Origin: Leidyana gryllorum EB-2025a
Taxonomy: Eukaryota > Protista > Apicomplexa
Direction of reading: 5' to 3'
DNA: 64,000 nt
NCBI GenBank assembly: GCA_048772705.1
Contig: JBLWGC010000109.1
Location: 321,217 to 385,216, forward strand
The position numbers and the translations under genes are program-made. The notes beneath the pieces are model-generated. The model did not search any database and was not told the DNA's origin. It saw nothing but the letters and a program-made list of their open reading frames with translations. Shown piece after piece: positions 45,680-57,355 of this stretch. Numbering within the stretch: the stretch's first letter is position 1; every line of letters begins with the position of its first letter.

Positions 45680-47222
45680 TCAGAGCGAGGAGGGGTCTAC
45701 AAGCTTTGATCTATATGTTTTCTGTTGGCGGGCTTTCTCTTTATGCTGTATAGCCGCCAGAACCTCTCCATCCCTTCTCAAGAGTTTAGCAGCGCTGCGT
45801 CTCTCATCATTATATTTGCGCTTCAATTTGCGATCCTCGTCATTGGTCCCACCAAAATCGACCACTCCCAAAGCTTTGGCTTTCTGGTAGAACTCGGGAT
45901 CTCTGATGTCAACGCAACGCGGCCGGAGCGGTTTAACACCCTGAAAAGGATATATCAAAGAGGCGGTGTTGAGTTACGCTTACCTTTGGTCTGGAGGCAA
46001 GCAAGCTGAGGGGAGTGACTATCTGAGCCTTGACCTGTCCGGACAGGACAACCAGTCGATCCAGCGTCAGCTTTTGAAGCTTCCCTGGAGCTTTGGGCAC
46101 AATGTTGTTGAGCAACGCGTCGAGCCAATGATTGTGGACAATATGTGCAGAAGAGGAGCGATTGAGGAGGAGCTGAATGTACGCCTCGAGGTGGTCGAGT
46201 GTGCGGGCGCAAACAGAGAGGGCGAGGGGGTGGACAGCTTTGTATGTCTTATTCCTCAAAACTCTGCAGGCTGAGATGAAAATGAGGACAGCCAATTGAG
46301 GGAACTCCGGACACCACCAGAACTGAGTGGCTTCTTGATCTTGCGATGCACAGAGTGGATCGGCCCAAGTTGGGAGAGGTTTATGATCAGCGGAGCGCTT
46401 GGACAGGACTTTGGAGAGGAGAGAGACGGAAGCGTTGGCGAGTTTCCACTCGTCTATCAATATGTTTGAGGCCTTTGAGACGTTCGGGACATCTTCAACT
46501 TCGTGGAGACTGTCGAACGGGAGATCACAGTCGATGGTGAGAGATTGAATTTTGGGCCAAGTAGCCCACCCCAGGAGGCACCACCTAAGGAGAATGATAT
46601 TGGTGACGAGTGAAGTGAGAGCCTTGAAGACATCGCTATCCGGATGGAATATGGCCAGAAGGGTGGCAACGAGCTTCAGACGCATGTGAACAGCGGGTGC
46701 GGACTGATCTGTGGTGGGTGGAAGCCATGTGAGGGTCTCAGCGACTTTTAGGATCGATAGGATGTCATTGACGCCAGCGGAGGAGTTTTGTTTGGCTCTG
46801 CGCGACTCCCACTTGGCTTTCGTGGTTTCTAACAAATCATCATTGCTTTCAATGGTATGGGCGAGATGGAGTATGAGGGCCGCAGTCGTGGAGCGTAGTT
46901 CATCTGGGTAGAAAGAGAGCAGTTCTCGGGCTTCAGGGGCGACCCATTTCAGCATTTCTCGAGCAGTCTCCGAGTCATAGTGGATAGTGGCGTTGCAAAA
47001 GTAGAGGAAGAAAGGGGCTGCGGCCTCTTTCCAGTGTGACTCATATGTGCGGTTAATGTGGACACTGAATATGACTTTGAGTCTATTCAATATCTTCCAT
47101 TGAGTTTTGGGACTTCTGCCAGAGAGTATTGATTCTAAGGGATGAGGAAATGTCTTGAAGGTTAAGGGGACATCCTGTTCGTCAGCATCGTTGATTTGCC
47201 ATTCCTCTTCAGTCGGGTCCAT
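45680..47222 (-). CDS. Nop14-like nucleolar protein (C-terminal part)
   Basis: C-terminal RKLKRKYNDERRSAAKLLRRDGEVLA resembles the Nop14 terminus; also TFKTFP and WCPE motifs; short intron near 45950-45980. Confidence 0.6.
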
Positions 47223-47245
47223 GGGGTCTTTTTTTTGAGCTGGAA

Positions 47246-48100
47246 ATGTGGTGGGTTTCTTTGGTAATAGCAGCAGGTTCTGCGAATGCTCACTACTTGG
47301 GTACCTACGATTTCAATATCATCCAATATCGATGTTTAAGTGATTTGTGCGATACTGTTGACCAATGTGATCAGACTCAGTATTCTACTCTCAGCCAATG
47401 CGCTGGCCATCTGCCCGACCAGGATACCGAGATTTCTGTCAGAAAACGATGGTTTCTCGGGTCTGCCGAGTATTGCAGTGCCCGTAGTATCTCAAGTGTT
47501 GTTGGCTTAGACCTCTGGCCAATACTATATGAAGGATTGAGTATTTCTAACATTGTTGATGATCAGCCTATCGTGTTCAGCGACGTTACTAACGCTTGTG
47601 GTGACCCGATCGTCTACCAAAGTGCGGTCAAAGTTTCCCATCTCGATACGCAAAGTCCCGAGTGCACCGTTTCGAGGTGGACCGCTGGCGAAATGCCTCA
47701 ATGGGAACACTCCCTCGAATTTGACGCCGCCAATAAGCTCATGTACATGGATAAGAACTGGTTCTCAGATGATGCACCTCTCTTGCTGGTTGCATCTTTT
47801 GCTAATGTCAACCCAGCCAATCCAACTGGCTGGTGCGATATCAACTTTGCCGCAACCACCAGAGTCGTGCTGCACACTGACGAAATTGTCAAAGCCAGAG
47901 ATATACCCTATGAAGGCAGCACACGACCTCCTACTGGCGATGGAACAAATAATCATTCAACCACCACCCACCCCGCAGGTTGGGAACCTTCGCAGATGGC
48001 CTTCCCAAGAGATTTCGCCCTGTCTGCCCTCAATACCAATGCTAGTATCTATAGTCTGCTGCTGCCCTTAGCTGCCTGCTTTTTTAACTTGCCTTTTTGA
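47246..48100 (+). CDS. Predicted GPI-anchored Cys-containing surface protein
   Basis: N-terminal signal MWWVSLVIAAGSANA, Cys-rich ectodomain, T/P-rich stalk and hydrophobic C-terminus. Confidence 0.7.
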   Translation: MWWVSLVIAAGSANAHYLGTYDFNIIQYRCLSDLCDTVDQCDQTQYSTLSQCAGHLPDQDTEISVRKRWFLGSAEYCSARSISSVVGLDLWPILYEGLSISNIVDDQPIVFSDVTNACGDPIVYQSAVKVSHLDTQSPECTVSRWTAGEMPQWEHSLEFDAANKLMYMDKNWFSDDAPLLLVASFANVNPANPTGWCDINFAATTRVVLHTDEIVKARDIPYEGSTRPPTGDGTNNHSTTTHPAGWEPSQMAFPRDFALSALNTNASIYSLLLPLAACFFNLPF

Positions 48101-48101
48101 A

Positions 48102-49300
48102 ATGGAAGCAGACCTTCTGCGCCAACAGGCAGAGAAGAAATGCAAAGGAGGCTTCTTCAGCATTTTCCGGGGCGGGAGTCAGTCTGATGAAGCCAGCGAA
48201 TTGTTTGTGAGGGCTGCCAACCAATACAAGCTGAAGGGACAATGTAAGTCTCACCACCACACATGTGTGTGTGGTTCTGTCAACATTCAATGTCTGCTCA
48301 CAGGGAACGATGCCGCGGAATGCTTCTTTCGTGCCGCTGACTTACAGCATCAGATGGGGGATAGCATTCAGGAAGCCCAGTATCTGGTTGAATGTGGTAA
48401 CGTCCAGCGCAAGGTATCTGTCGCAGAAGCCAGAGCCCACTATATGGCTGCTTCCAAGATCTACACAGATGGGGGGCGTTTTGCTCAAGCTGGGAAGCTA
48501 ACCAAGGTAACAACGGAGTATACGATCTGAGCACATCCTCTGAACACGCCAACAGGCATTGGCCGAGGAGTATGAGAAGGCTGGAGAGTTTGATGAGGCA
48601 ATCGTCATGTACGAAAAGGCCATCGAGTATTTCTCATTAGACGACTATTCTAAATCCCTAACGTCTCAATGTAAAATCAAGTTTGCTGAGCTCCTCGCCT
48701 CCAAGCGGGACGAGTTGGATCAGGCCATCAGCGTAAGCTCGGGGCCACGATCACTATTATTGGGTCTTCTCTTTCATCCCAGATATTCGAGCAAGAAGCA
48801 TCTGCCGCTTTGGGGAGTTCCCTGTTGCAGTTTGGTGCTAAAGAGTACTTTTTCAAGGCTGCTATCCTCTATCTGGTCAAAGGGGTGGGTGACAAGCGGT
48901 CTTCTCCATCGATCTTCTGAGCAGCAAGCGGACATTGCCGCCACAAAATGCGAGGAATTTGAGAAGTTGGATCCTCGTTTCGCAGACAGTCGCGAAGGAA
49001 AGCTGTTGAAAGGCCTCATTGCTGCGGTGGAGGCTGACAAGGTGGATGACTATGTGGATCTGCTGTAAGCCGTGGGCCCAAGTTGATCTGAATCATTCTG
49101 CTTTTCACCATCACAGTGCCGAATACGATCGCATAACACGTCTGGACGCGTGGAAAGTGCTATTCTTCAATCGTATCAAAGGTCGTCTGACTCGATCTGC
49201 GAGCTCAGATGAGCCACACCAAGTTGAAGTTCCCGATGTACCAATTCTCCAGAACTCCACGGAGTCTCAGGGAGGCAATGTGGTGTTCGATCTGACCTGA
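48102..49300 (+). CDS. Alpha-SNAP (soluble NSF attachment protein), multi-exon
   Basis: EASELFVRAANQYKL, GRFAQAGK, DPRFADSREGKLL, AEYDRITRLDAWK. Confidence 0.92.
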
Positions 49301-49310
49301 AGAGGAGGCT

Positions 49311-52300
49311 TCACGTGGGTTGAGTATGCGGACGTCGAGTGCGCTTTTTTGGGACGTCTTTGACCAGCGGGTTGGTACCGCTCCACGCAACTGTACATCC
49401 AATGAGCAGCCAACAGCTCACCAATCCACCATACAGAGGATAGACTTTGGTGACGACGACGAAAATGGGATTTGTGACCTTCAGTTTGATGATACTAAGG
49501 AACCGAGCTGATCGTGACAGCTGGCTGCGCACTGTGGGCGAGTCTGATGGATTGAGAGGTTTATTCACCACCAAGTCTTTCTCTCCAAATTACTTCACTC
49601 ACCTGTGGTCGCCATATGAATGAAGAATCCACAGAAAGACGAGCTGTCTCTCACCGGCATCCCTCTCTTTTGCCACAGATACAGCAGGTTTTCAAGTTGA
49701 TAGAATTGGTTCCAGGCTGTCAACTGCTTTGCCGCGTTGGCCTGTTCTGCAGGGCCAAGTGGAGGTCTGATGTGGAGATATGGAAGTCTAATTCGGGTTC
49801 CTCTGAAAGCCTGAAGCTGCTTTCGCAATGTCTCAAATGACTGTCCCTCAACTATCTGATCCCTCTCTGCCTCCAACTCTTCAGGATAGGCATCCCTTCC
49901 CTGCTGCTGCTGCTGCAACTGCTCCTCCATCGCCTGTTCCGCATACGCATGATAGTCCGGCAGCTGCGTTTGTTGTTGTGGCGCGACAGGCTGTGCACGC
50001 TCAGAGCTTTCACTTCTCCGCGGCTCGTCGAGCTCGCTGTAGTCCATAATCGGATTGATCATCCCGTGGACTGCAGTGCGACCAAAGACTTTCTCCATTG
50101 AGGTTCGCGCGGCCTCTTGATCCCAGGCCGACTCACGTCCTCCCTGAACCTCCAAGGCGACTGCCTGTCCGGGCAGATTGTCCTGGGCGGTGTTACTTTG
50201 GGTACGGACAACGGTGTTGGTCGGCTTTGTGGTACCTCCGCGGTTGCCAGGGGCGTTCACGCGGTAGGAGTGGGCCGCCTCTGCTTCAGAGGTCGCCAGG
50301 TCGGTGTTGGATACTTTGGCCATTTCACCTTTACTCGCCACCTCCTCAAAGCGTTGCATTGTCTCTCTTCCATACCGTAGGTCTCCCGCGTGGGCAAAGA
50401 TGTCCCTTATTGTGGGCAGATCCTTCATGGCGTCTTTGTAGACCTTCACTATTTGGTTGAGACTCTCATCAGCCGCCAGTTTGGACCACCCTTGGTGACT
50501 CTCGGGTGGCCCGGGATCATAATCTGTGTCCAAATGGGACTTGAAATTCATCAGATCGCAGAATTTCTTCAGATTCTTTATCAATTCGTCACTGCAGAAG
50601 TCAATTGAATACCCTCTCAAGTCGCTGTTTCAAAAAACTCACTTGCGATCGAATGTGCACGGAAGACCCTCTTTGTTGCGATTGGCTTGGATCAGCTCAC
50701 TGATATCCGCTGCCAATTCTTCTTCAAGAGCTTTGCAGACCACAGCCGGGACCGGTTCTTTGAGATTAACATCGCCGTCAATGCTGCGACACTCTCCCAT
50801 CAGTAAGGAGCGCCACTGATAGGGGTCCTCGAAGTCATATCGGATGAAACTGGGATGATGGTTCTGAACGTTCCCATACAACTGGACCTGATTGAAACAC
50901 ACCTCCAGAGTTGAATAGGGCAGCCAGGCCATCAGTTCGTCTCCGGTGCGTCCCGAAACCTCATCGACGTAGTCGGGATCATAAAATCCGCGAACGGGAG
51001 CAATGATCATATCTTCGATTTGGCTCGACATCCGGTCGTCTCCGACTCCCCCACCCTCTCCAGCGCCTCCCAACTCCTCGGTGACAGCTCCTATACTGTC
51101 CTTGCGGAAAAAATTGGGTCCCAATAATTCACGAAGCTGCTCGGCTGTGATCTGAACATCATCTGCGACATCAACGTCGTCCTTGAGTCCCTCGTCTCCC
51201 TGCTCGGCCAGTGGCATCTGGACAGCGGGTAACCCGACCATTTGCGCGCCTTCGTTGTACCGCCTGATGAGATAGCTACCATCATAGTAAGGCATAGGCA
51301 TCTCGCCTTCAAAGGCGTAATTGGTGGGATCCTCCGCTTCTTCGATATCTTCGGGCTGCAGCATCCCAGCGCCATAGCGACATGGTAAGCTGTACCGTTG
51401 TAAAGTGAGACAATCCCAGTGGGTGACCCATCCGTTGGCATGTCGCGTCATAACCCAAGCGTACTCCTGGCTTCCATTCTGGATGGTACCTTTGCAGACG
51501 TAAGCGTCCTGTTTAAGTCCAATGAGGACGGAGCACAAAAGCAGCGCGTGATCCTGAATACTGCCTCTGCGCCTGGATAACGTAGAATTCGGAGTATTCC
51601 AGGTGTTTATCAGTCCAGTCTGAAGATCAGATGGATTGATCACATAACCAATACAACCGATCCAATTCAGCAGATCGCCTGTCGTCTTCAGACCAGCTGG
51701 TACCGTCATTGGAGTGATGAAGGCGGGTAAAGGATGAAACGAATTGGTCTGGGAGTGTGAGGCCATACACAGAAATCGCCGATTCTTGACACCCTTATGA
51801 AACCACTCCAAATAACTTCGTTGCCAAGTCCCGAAATCGCGAGTCCAACGAGCCGCAATATTCTTATAGAGCAGATTGTGAGTCTTTCCCACCTTTCGAT
51901 CCGGAATAACTACTCCCTTAGGCAAGGCTGGTAACATGTACATCTCAAAACTGATGGTCGGGGGGTTCTGTGCCTTGGCCGTCTGGCCGTCCGTATCGGC
52001 TTTGTTGTTGTACATTGCTGAGTGAAATAGAAGGGTGACATCACAGTCATCAAGGCTAGCAGCAAACACAGCAATCAAAAACCAAATAATCGGCCACACC
52101 CACACACACTCGCACACACACTTACGCATTGCATCGGCCTTGTAGACATGGGTAAGGCTCTGTCGCAGATACCACGGCCGACTTTGATCTGTAGTTTTGG
52201 ATGACTCTTCTGCTGCTGCAGCAGCTGTGGCGGTATCCTCCATTTCCTTCTCGGCGTCTTCGTCGATGTACTTGAATGGGCGATCCCCTCCACCGCCTCC

Positions 52301-54218
52301 GGTGGATCCGGCCTGTTGTAGACCCTCGCCCAAACAGCGAAGCGATTCGACGGCATTCTGGCCGGTGAGCTCACTGATATTGACGTCTACCGAGCACAGG
52401 AGATCGGACTGCAGCTCATTTGGTTGATGGCATATTTCCAAACGAATAGGTCCTTTAGAGGCCAAGTCGATGGGTAGGACAACGTTGGCGTATCGTTCAT
52501 CTGTGAGGACGCGGGGGTCGAGGAGTCTGACGGGGAAGTAGAAGGTTTGATTGTATATAGGTCTTAGGGTGCGTTTCATGACGCGGCTGTGGGAGGCCAT
52601 ACTGTCCCAGCTGGCAATGACGACCGAGTCCGTGGTACCTTCATCGGGGTTCCCGATAGGCAAATGTTCGCATCTGAAGACTCTGATGACCAAATAAGTC
52701 TCATGAGGGTCTAAGTGGGCGACAAAAGCGGCTCCGGGGAGTTTCTGTTCCAATTTGACAAAGGAGCCCTGATCGGAGATGTTGTCTAAGTCTCTGAATC
52801 GCGACCGATATGCGCGTTTGGTACAATGAATACTGCCAAAGACTGCCCCAACGACAACTTGACTGACATTTTGGGTCAGCTGTTTGATCGTCCCTTTGAC
52901 TTCAGGCACAACGAGGATAGACTTCAATGGAATGAATGCCGTCCCAACGAGTCGCCGTGATGAGAGCCGCACTTCAGCGAGCTTCTGGAACATCTGAACT
53001 TTGACGTAGGCGTACTCCAACGCCACTTGAGTCCCCGTGAAGACGTATCGTATGTTCGTTTCGAAAGTGTTGTCAACACTGCTGCGCGACTGCGCGGTCC
53101 ATCGTCCTTTGCCGCCCTGTGGCAGATCAAACTTGAGTGTTCGCATCCATTTGGAGTCGTCTGGCGTCATGTGGGCGGGTTCATAGGTCCACCGCTCAAA
53201 GTGGAGCTCAAAGTCATAGACCTCCAGCAGGGTGAGCGACACCTGAACCTTCTGAACCGGACGGTATTGAGGCTCTTCTTTCTTCTTTGACTTTTTGCGC
53301 TGACGATTCTCGGCCTGTTGCGAAGGGAGGATTTGCCGCAGTTCCAAACTGGTTTGAGGTTCCATCTTGAGAATGTTCTCGAGAGTGATCTCACACTCGG
53401 CGTGGAATGTGTTATACGTGAATTGGCCTAAAGTCCACATTTGAACCGTTATGGAATAGGAACCAATGTCAGAGTACGGCAGCGAGAAACCTTTGTCCGG
53501 CCAGATGGACACTGAAACACCTCCAATGACTTCAATTTACCATTCACTTACGAGGCTTTGAGAGCATTTTGGTCTCTGATGGGGGAACCACATAGGCGTT
53601 GGTGTACAGTACTCTCTCTCGCAGCTCTCCCTTGAGCAGTCGATTGCGATTGACGTGGCCAAAGCGAATCATAAGAAAGAGCTTCTGAGCCCGGTTCTCC
53701 AAGTTCTGCAGCCCAGTGATGTAGAAGGCCGAATGCCAACGTCTGATCGCGTAGAATGGGTGACTGGAACTCTGCTCATCCAACGCTCGTGCCTGCATAT
53801 CCAATAGTTCCCATGTTGTGAGGTCTTCTTCGTCCGACAGCGTTGCACCCTCCTGATCTGCAGCGGGTTCCTCTTCTCCTTCAGAAGCCTCCTCGGCCAT
53901 TTCCTCGCCCGCCTGAAGCAACTTGCTCGTTTCGTCCCCGGCCTCCTCTTCTTCCTCTTCCTCATCGAATCGCAAAGCCGTCTGTAAGGGTTCATCTGGT
54001 CATCCGCGAGCTGTGTGTCGCCAAACTCACTCTCCCTGCATCAGCCTCCGACTTGAGGCCGGCAAATAGAGGTCCTTCACTTGCCACAACTTCCCTGTCC
54101 CTCATTCCAGGCCTCTGGTTAAAGTCGGCTATGTGGGAAAATGCCCCAGCCGCCGCGTCCGACCCCTCATGTGCGCTTGCGGGATGTATATCCTCCTGTT
54201 CAGACTCGGAGTACATGA
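49311..54218 (-). CDS. Large C2-domain protein with CEP76/CC2D2A-type transglutaminase-like region, multi-exon
   Basis: C2 motif (YLVIRVFRCEHLP...TLRPIYNQTFYF), RRGSIQDHALLLCSVLIGLKQDAYVCKGT, LPYSTLEVCFNQVQLYGNVQ and terminal VYPLYGGLVSCW. The 957-aa ORF contains an in-frame GT-repeat intron near 52057-52126. Confidence 0.7.
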
Positions 54219-54278
54219 TGGCACACGGGTGCGCACACCTCCATGGCCGGTCGGCATGAAATTGGTGGGGAAAAAGTA

Positions 54279-55324
54279 ATGGAAACAATCGACCCCGCAA
54301 GCCTTAGGGTCTGCCAGGAATCTTTAAGTGTCATCGAAACTGTGAGAATCTACTCTTTGGCAATCAAGAAACCTTCATCAGGTATATCGACAACGCTTAG
54401 CAGACCTTGAAGACACGTAAGCAGCGCCAAACCTAAACACGACTCGTTGCACTCATTTCAATACAGAGTGGCACGCCTTCGAGAAGAAAAACATCTGCTC
54501 GAACTCGATCGCACTTATTGGAAGTCCAAGGTACACACTCGCTGCTCACTTTCCTGTTATCCACCTATTCCACACTCACCCCCGCACGCCCGTTGCACAC
54601 ACAAACTCAATTGCAGTTTCACCTGCTCGAAGAAAATGCAGTCGCAGTATATCGAACGCGGCAATGTATGTAATATCTATCTGTTCTAGACGCTTGATCA
54701 GTAGAGCTGGACAACAGGAACGATGAAATCCGGTTGCTCAATAGTCGTTTGAAAGACTCTCATTCTGAAGAAGTGGCTTCCGGTAAGGAGCTATTGAAGG
54801 GCACACATGAACCCCTGCGGCCAGACTTAGTGCTGACACGAGAAAAGCAGTTGGAAAGATTGGCTTGCCAGCTAGATCTGACTAACAGCATGCTGGAAAG
54901 GGTAAGATGGGAGCTAATCGCCAATATTCAGGATAGAAAACGGAAATCTGCGATGATCTTCAAACTAAGCTCGTCACTGCTCATCAAACGGTAGGGTTTG
55001 CTTCATCTTTTAAGGTAGCACACACGAGTGTGTGCTCAGACTTCTAGAGCGCGCGCTGCATTGGAGGCCGAGCAGAGACTAAATGATCGGTTGAAGCGGG
55101 CAGCTCAGGGACAGGAGAAGGCCAGTGGGTTCCGAAAGTTGCTATTTTCGGCAGCAGCTGTGCCACTGGTGGTCCCTAATATGGTTGGGCGTCAATCTGT
55201 TGGTACTGGTGGTGGAGCCGAAGCGAATGACGCGATGGTACATTTCCTAGCGGATTTGAAAGCGGAGGTAGAACTGTTGGCGAAAGGGACAGCGGATAGT
55301 GGGCTGGGTGACCCAGAAGAGTGA
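54279..55324 (+). CDS. Hypothetical coiled-coil protein, multi-exon
   Basis: Several plus-strand exon-like ORFs with heptad character (RLREEKHLLELDR, LEAEQRLNDRLKR). Confidence 0.45.
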
Positions 55325-55430
55325 GAATGTGTAGGGCCAGAACGTTTAGTCGCACACAGGGTAGTGATACCGGTTCTGTTTTTTTTTTGAGGCCCATTGG
55401 CGGTTAGTTGAAGCCTTTCCTCTCGTAGCG

Positions 55431-56815
55431 ATGCCAAGCCGATCATTCCTGTTCAGTTCTGAGTCCGTGAGCGAGGGTCACCCCGATAAGCTCTGTGACC
55501 AAGTTTCGGATGCTATCTTGGATGCCTGTTTAACCGCTGACCCCGAGGCCAAGGTGGCTTGTGAAACATGCACCAAGACTGGTTTCGTGATGGTTTTCGG
55601 TGAAATCACGTGCCGTGAGCAGATAGACTACGAGAAGATTGTGCGCGAGACCGTGAAGGAGATTGGTTACGACTCTGAGGATGTTGGGCTGGACTACAAG
55701 ACTATGCGTGTGAACGTTGCACTCGAGCAGCAGTCTCCCGAGATTGCTCAGGGAGTCCATGTTGGCAAAGCGGTCGAAGAGATCGGTGCTGGAGATCAAG
55801 GTTTGGTTTTCGGCTACGCTTGCAATGAGACGGAGGAGTGCATGCCGCTGAGTCACGCTCTCTCCAACCGGATGGCCAACCGGTTGACGGATTGCAGACG
55901 GCAAGGCATCATCCCCTGGTCCCGTCCTGACTCGAAGACCCAAGTCACTGTTGAGTACACTGAAGATGAGAGCGGAAGGATCACTCCCAAGCGTGTGCAC
56001 ACTGTGCTAATCTCTGCTCAACACGATCCCGGTCTCAGCCAGGAGCAAATCGCCAAAGATCTTCATGAACACGTTACCAAATATGTTATTGACGAGAAGT
56101 GGCTCGACGCTGACACCAAGTTTATCTACAATCCTTCTGGCTCGTAAGTCCTATAACTGCTGCTGTCCCCCGAATGTTGGAATGTTGATTGCTAATTTGC
56201 CTGTGGTCGCTGCAATATTCCCGTTCCGCTCCCCCTCTCACTCCCGCCCCCCACCTCTCACTCCACTTCTTTGTCATTGGCGTCTTTGTGCAGATTCATC
56301 GTTGGCGGTCCCCACGGTGACGCTGGTTTGACCGGTCGCAAGATCATTGTTGACACCTACGGCGGTTGGGGTTCGCATGGCGGCGGAGCTTTCTCCGGGA
56401 AGGACGCTACCAAGGTGGACCGCTCAGCCGCATATATGGCTCGTCACGCCGCCAAGTCTCTTGTTGCTGCGGGCCTGTGCGAACGGGCCTTGGTGCAAGT
56501 TGCTTATGGCATTGGTGTTGCCCAACCGCTCTCGATGTATGTCAACTCGTATAACACCGCCAAGGGATGCACCGATAAGGACCTCGAAGCAATTGTGTCA
56601 AGGTGAGTGTGGCGGCTGTTCTTCGGGTGTTCAACTTTGTCTTTTTCTCGTTTATCAGGAATTTCGATTTCCGTCCTGGCTGTATTCGCCGCGACCTGAA
56701 TCTCACCTTGCCTATCTTTAAGAAGACCGCCGCATACGGTCACTTCGGCCGAGACGGTTTCACATGGGAGTCCGTCAAGGACCTCTCCCATGAGAGAGCC
56801 CTCCTCAGCGCCTAA
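55431..56815 (+). CDS. metK: S-adenosylmethionine synthetase (3 exons)
   Basis: [55 protein letters not shown]. Confidence 0.97.
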
Positions 56816-57332
56816 GCCGGTAATGCAGCGGACCCTCCGTTTAGAGTGGATAGCTCCGGAGGTGACAATTCGCTGGCATATGCCACATCATTTTGCAATC
56901 TTCTGTGGCCGAGCGCCAGTAGCGACTCTGCTTCGGCCTGTTTGCTGAAAAAGTGGGCCTTTCCGTCCACCAGGCGACTCCGCTTTGGCAATTTCACCGA
57001 AGCGCCGAATTTTCACCAATAGCTAGGGTGCCCGAGAAATGTAAAACTCAAGAGCTCTACGGGAAGGACGCAGCTATACTGAGAGTGCCCACAGCGGACC
57101 TTCGAGAATCTTAGGCTTGGCAGGCTGTGTGGCCGTTTGTCATCCCAGTGTTCCCGTCTGATGTGAACTCTCATCATCAACTCATTCTTCCCTGTCCGCT
57201 CAACGCACACGGTACCCTCAGTATATCAAAGTAGTCAAAACAAACACTCCAAGCGGCTCTCTTTGTCACGCAGAGGTCACTTTTGAGCGGTGAAACTCCG
57301 ATCCAACAATCGACGCTGCGCTTCAGATCTCC

Positions 57333-57355
57333 GGGGGGGGGGGGGGGGGGGGGGG
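57333..57355 (+). repeat. Poly-G homopolymer (23 nt)
   Basis: Directly visible. Confidence 0.9.

Noticed and set aside
57333-57355. Poly-G as a functional G-quadruplex
   Set aside because: Cannot be distinguished from a sequencing or assembly artefact without reads.
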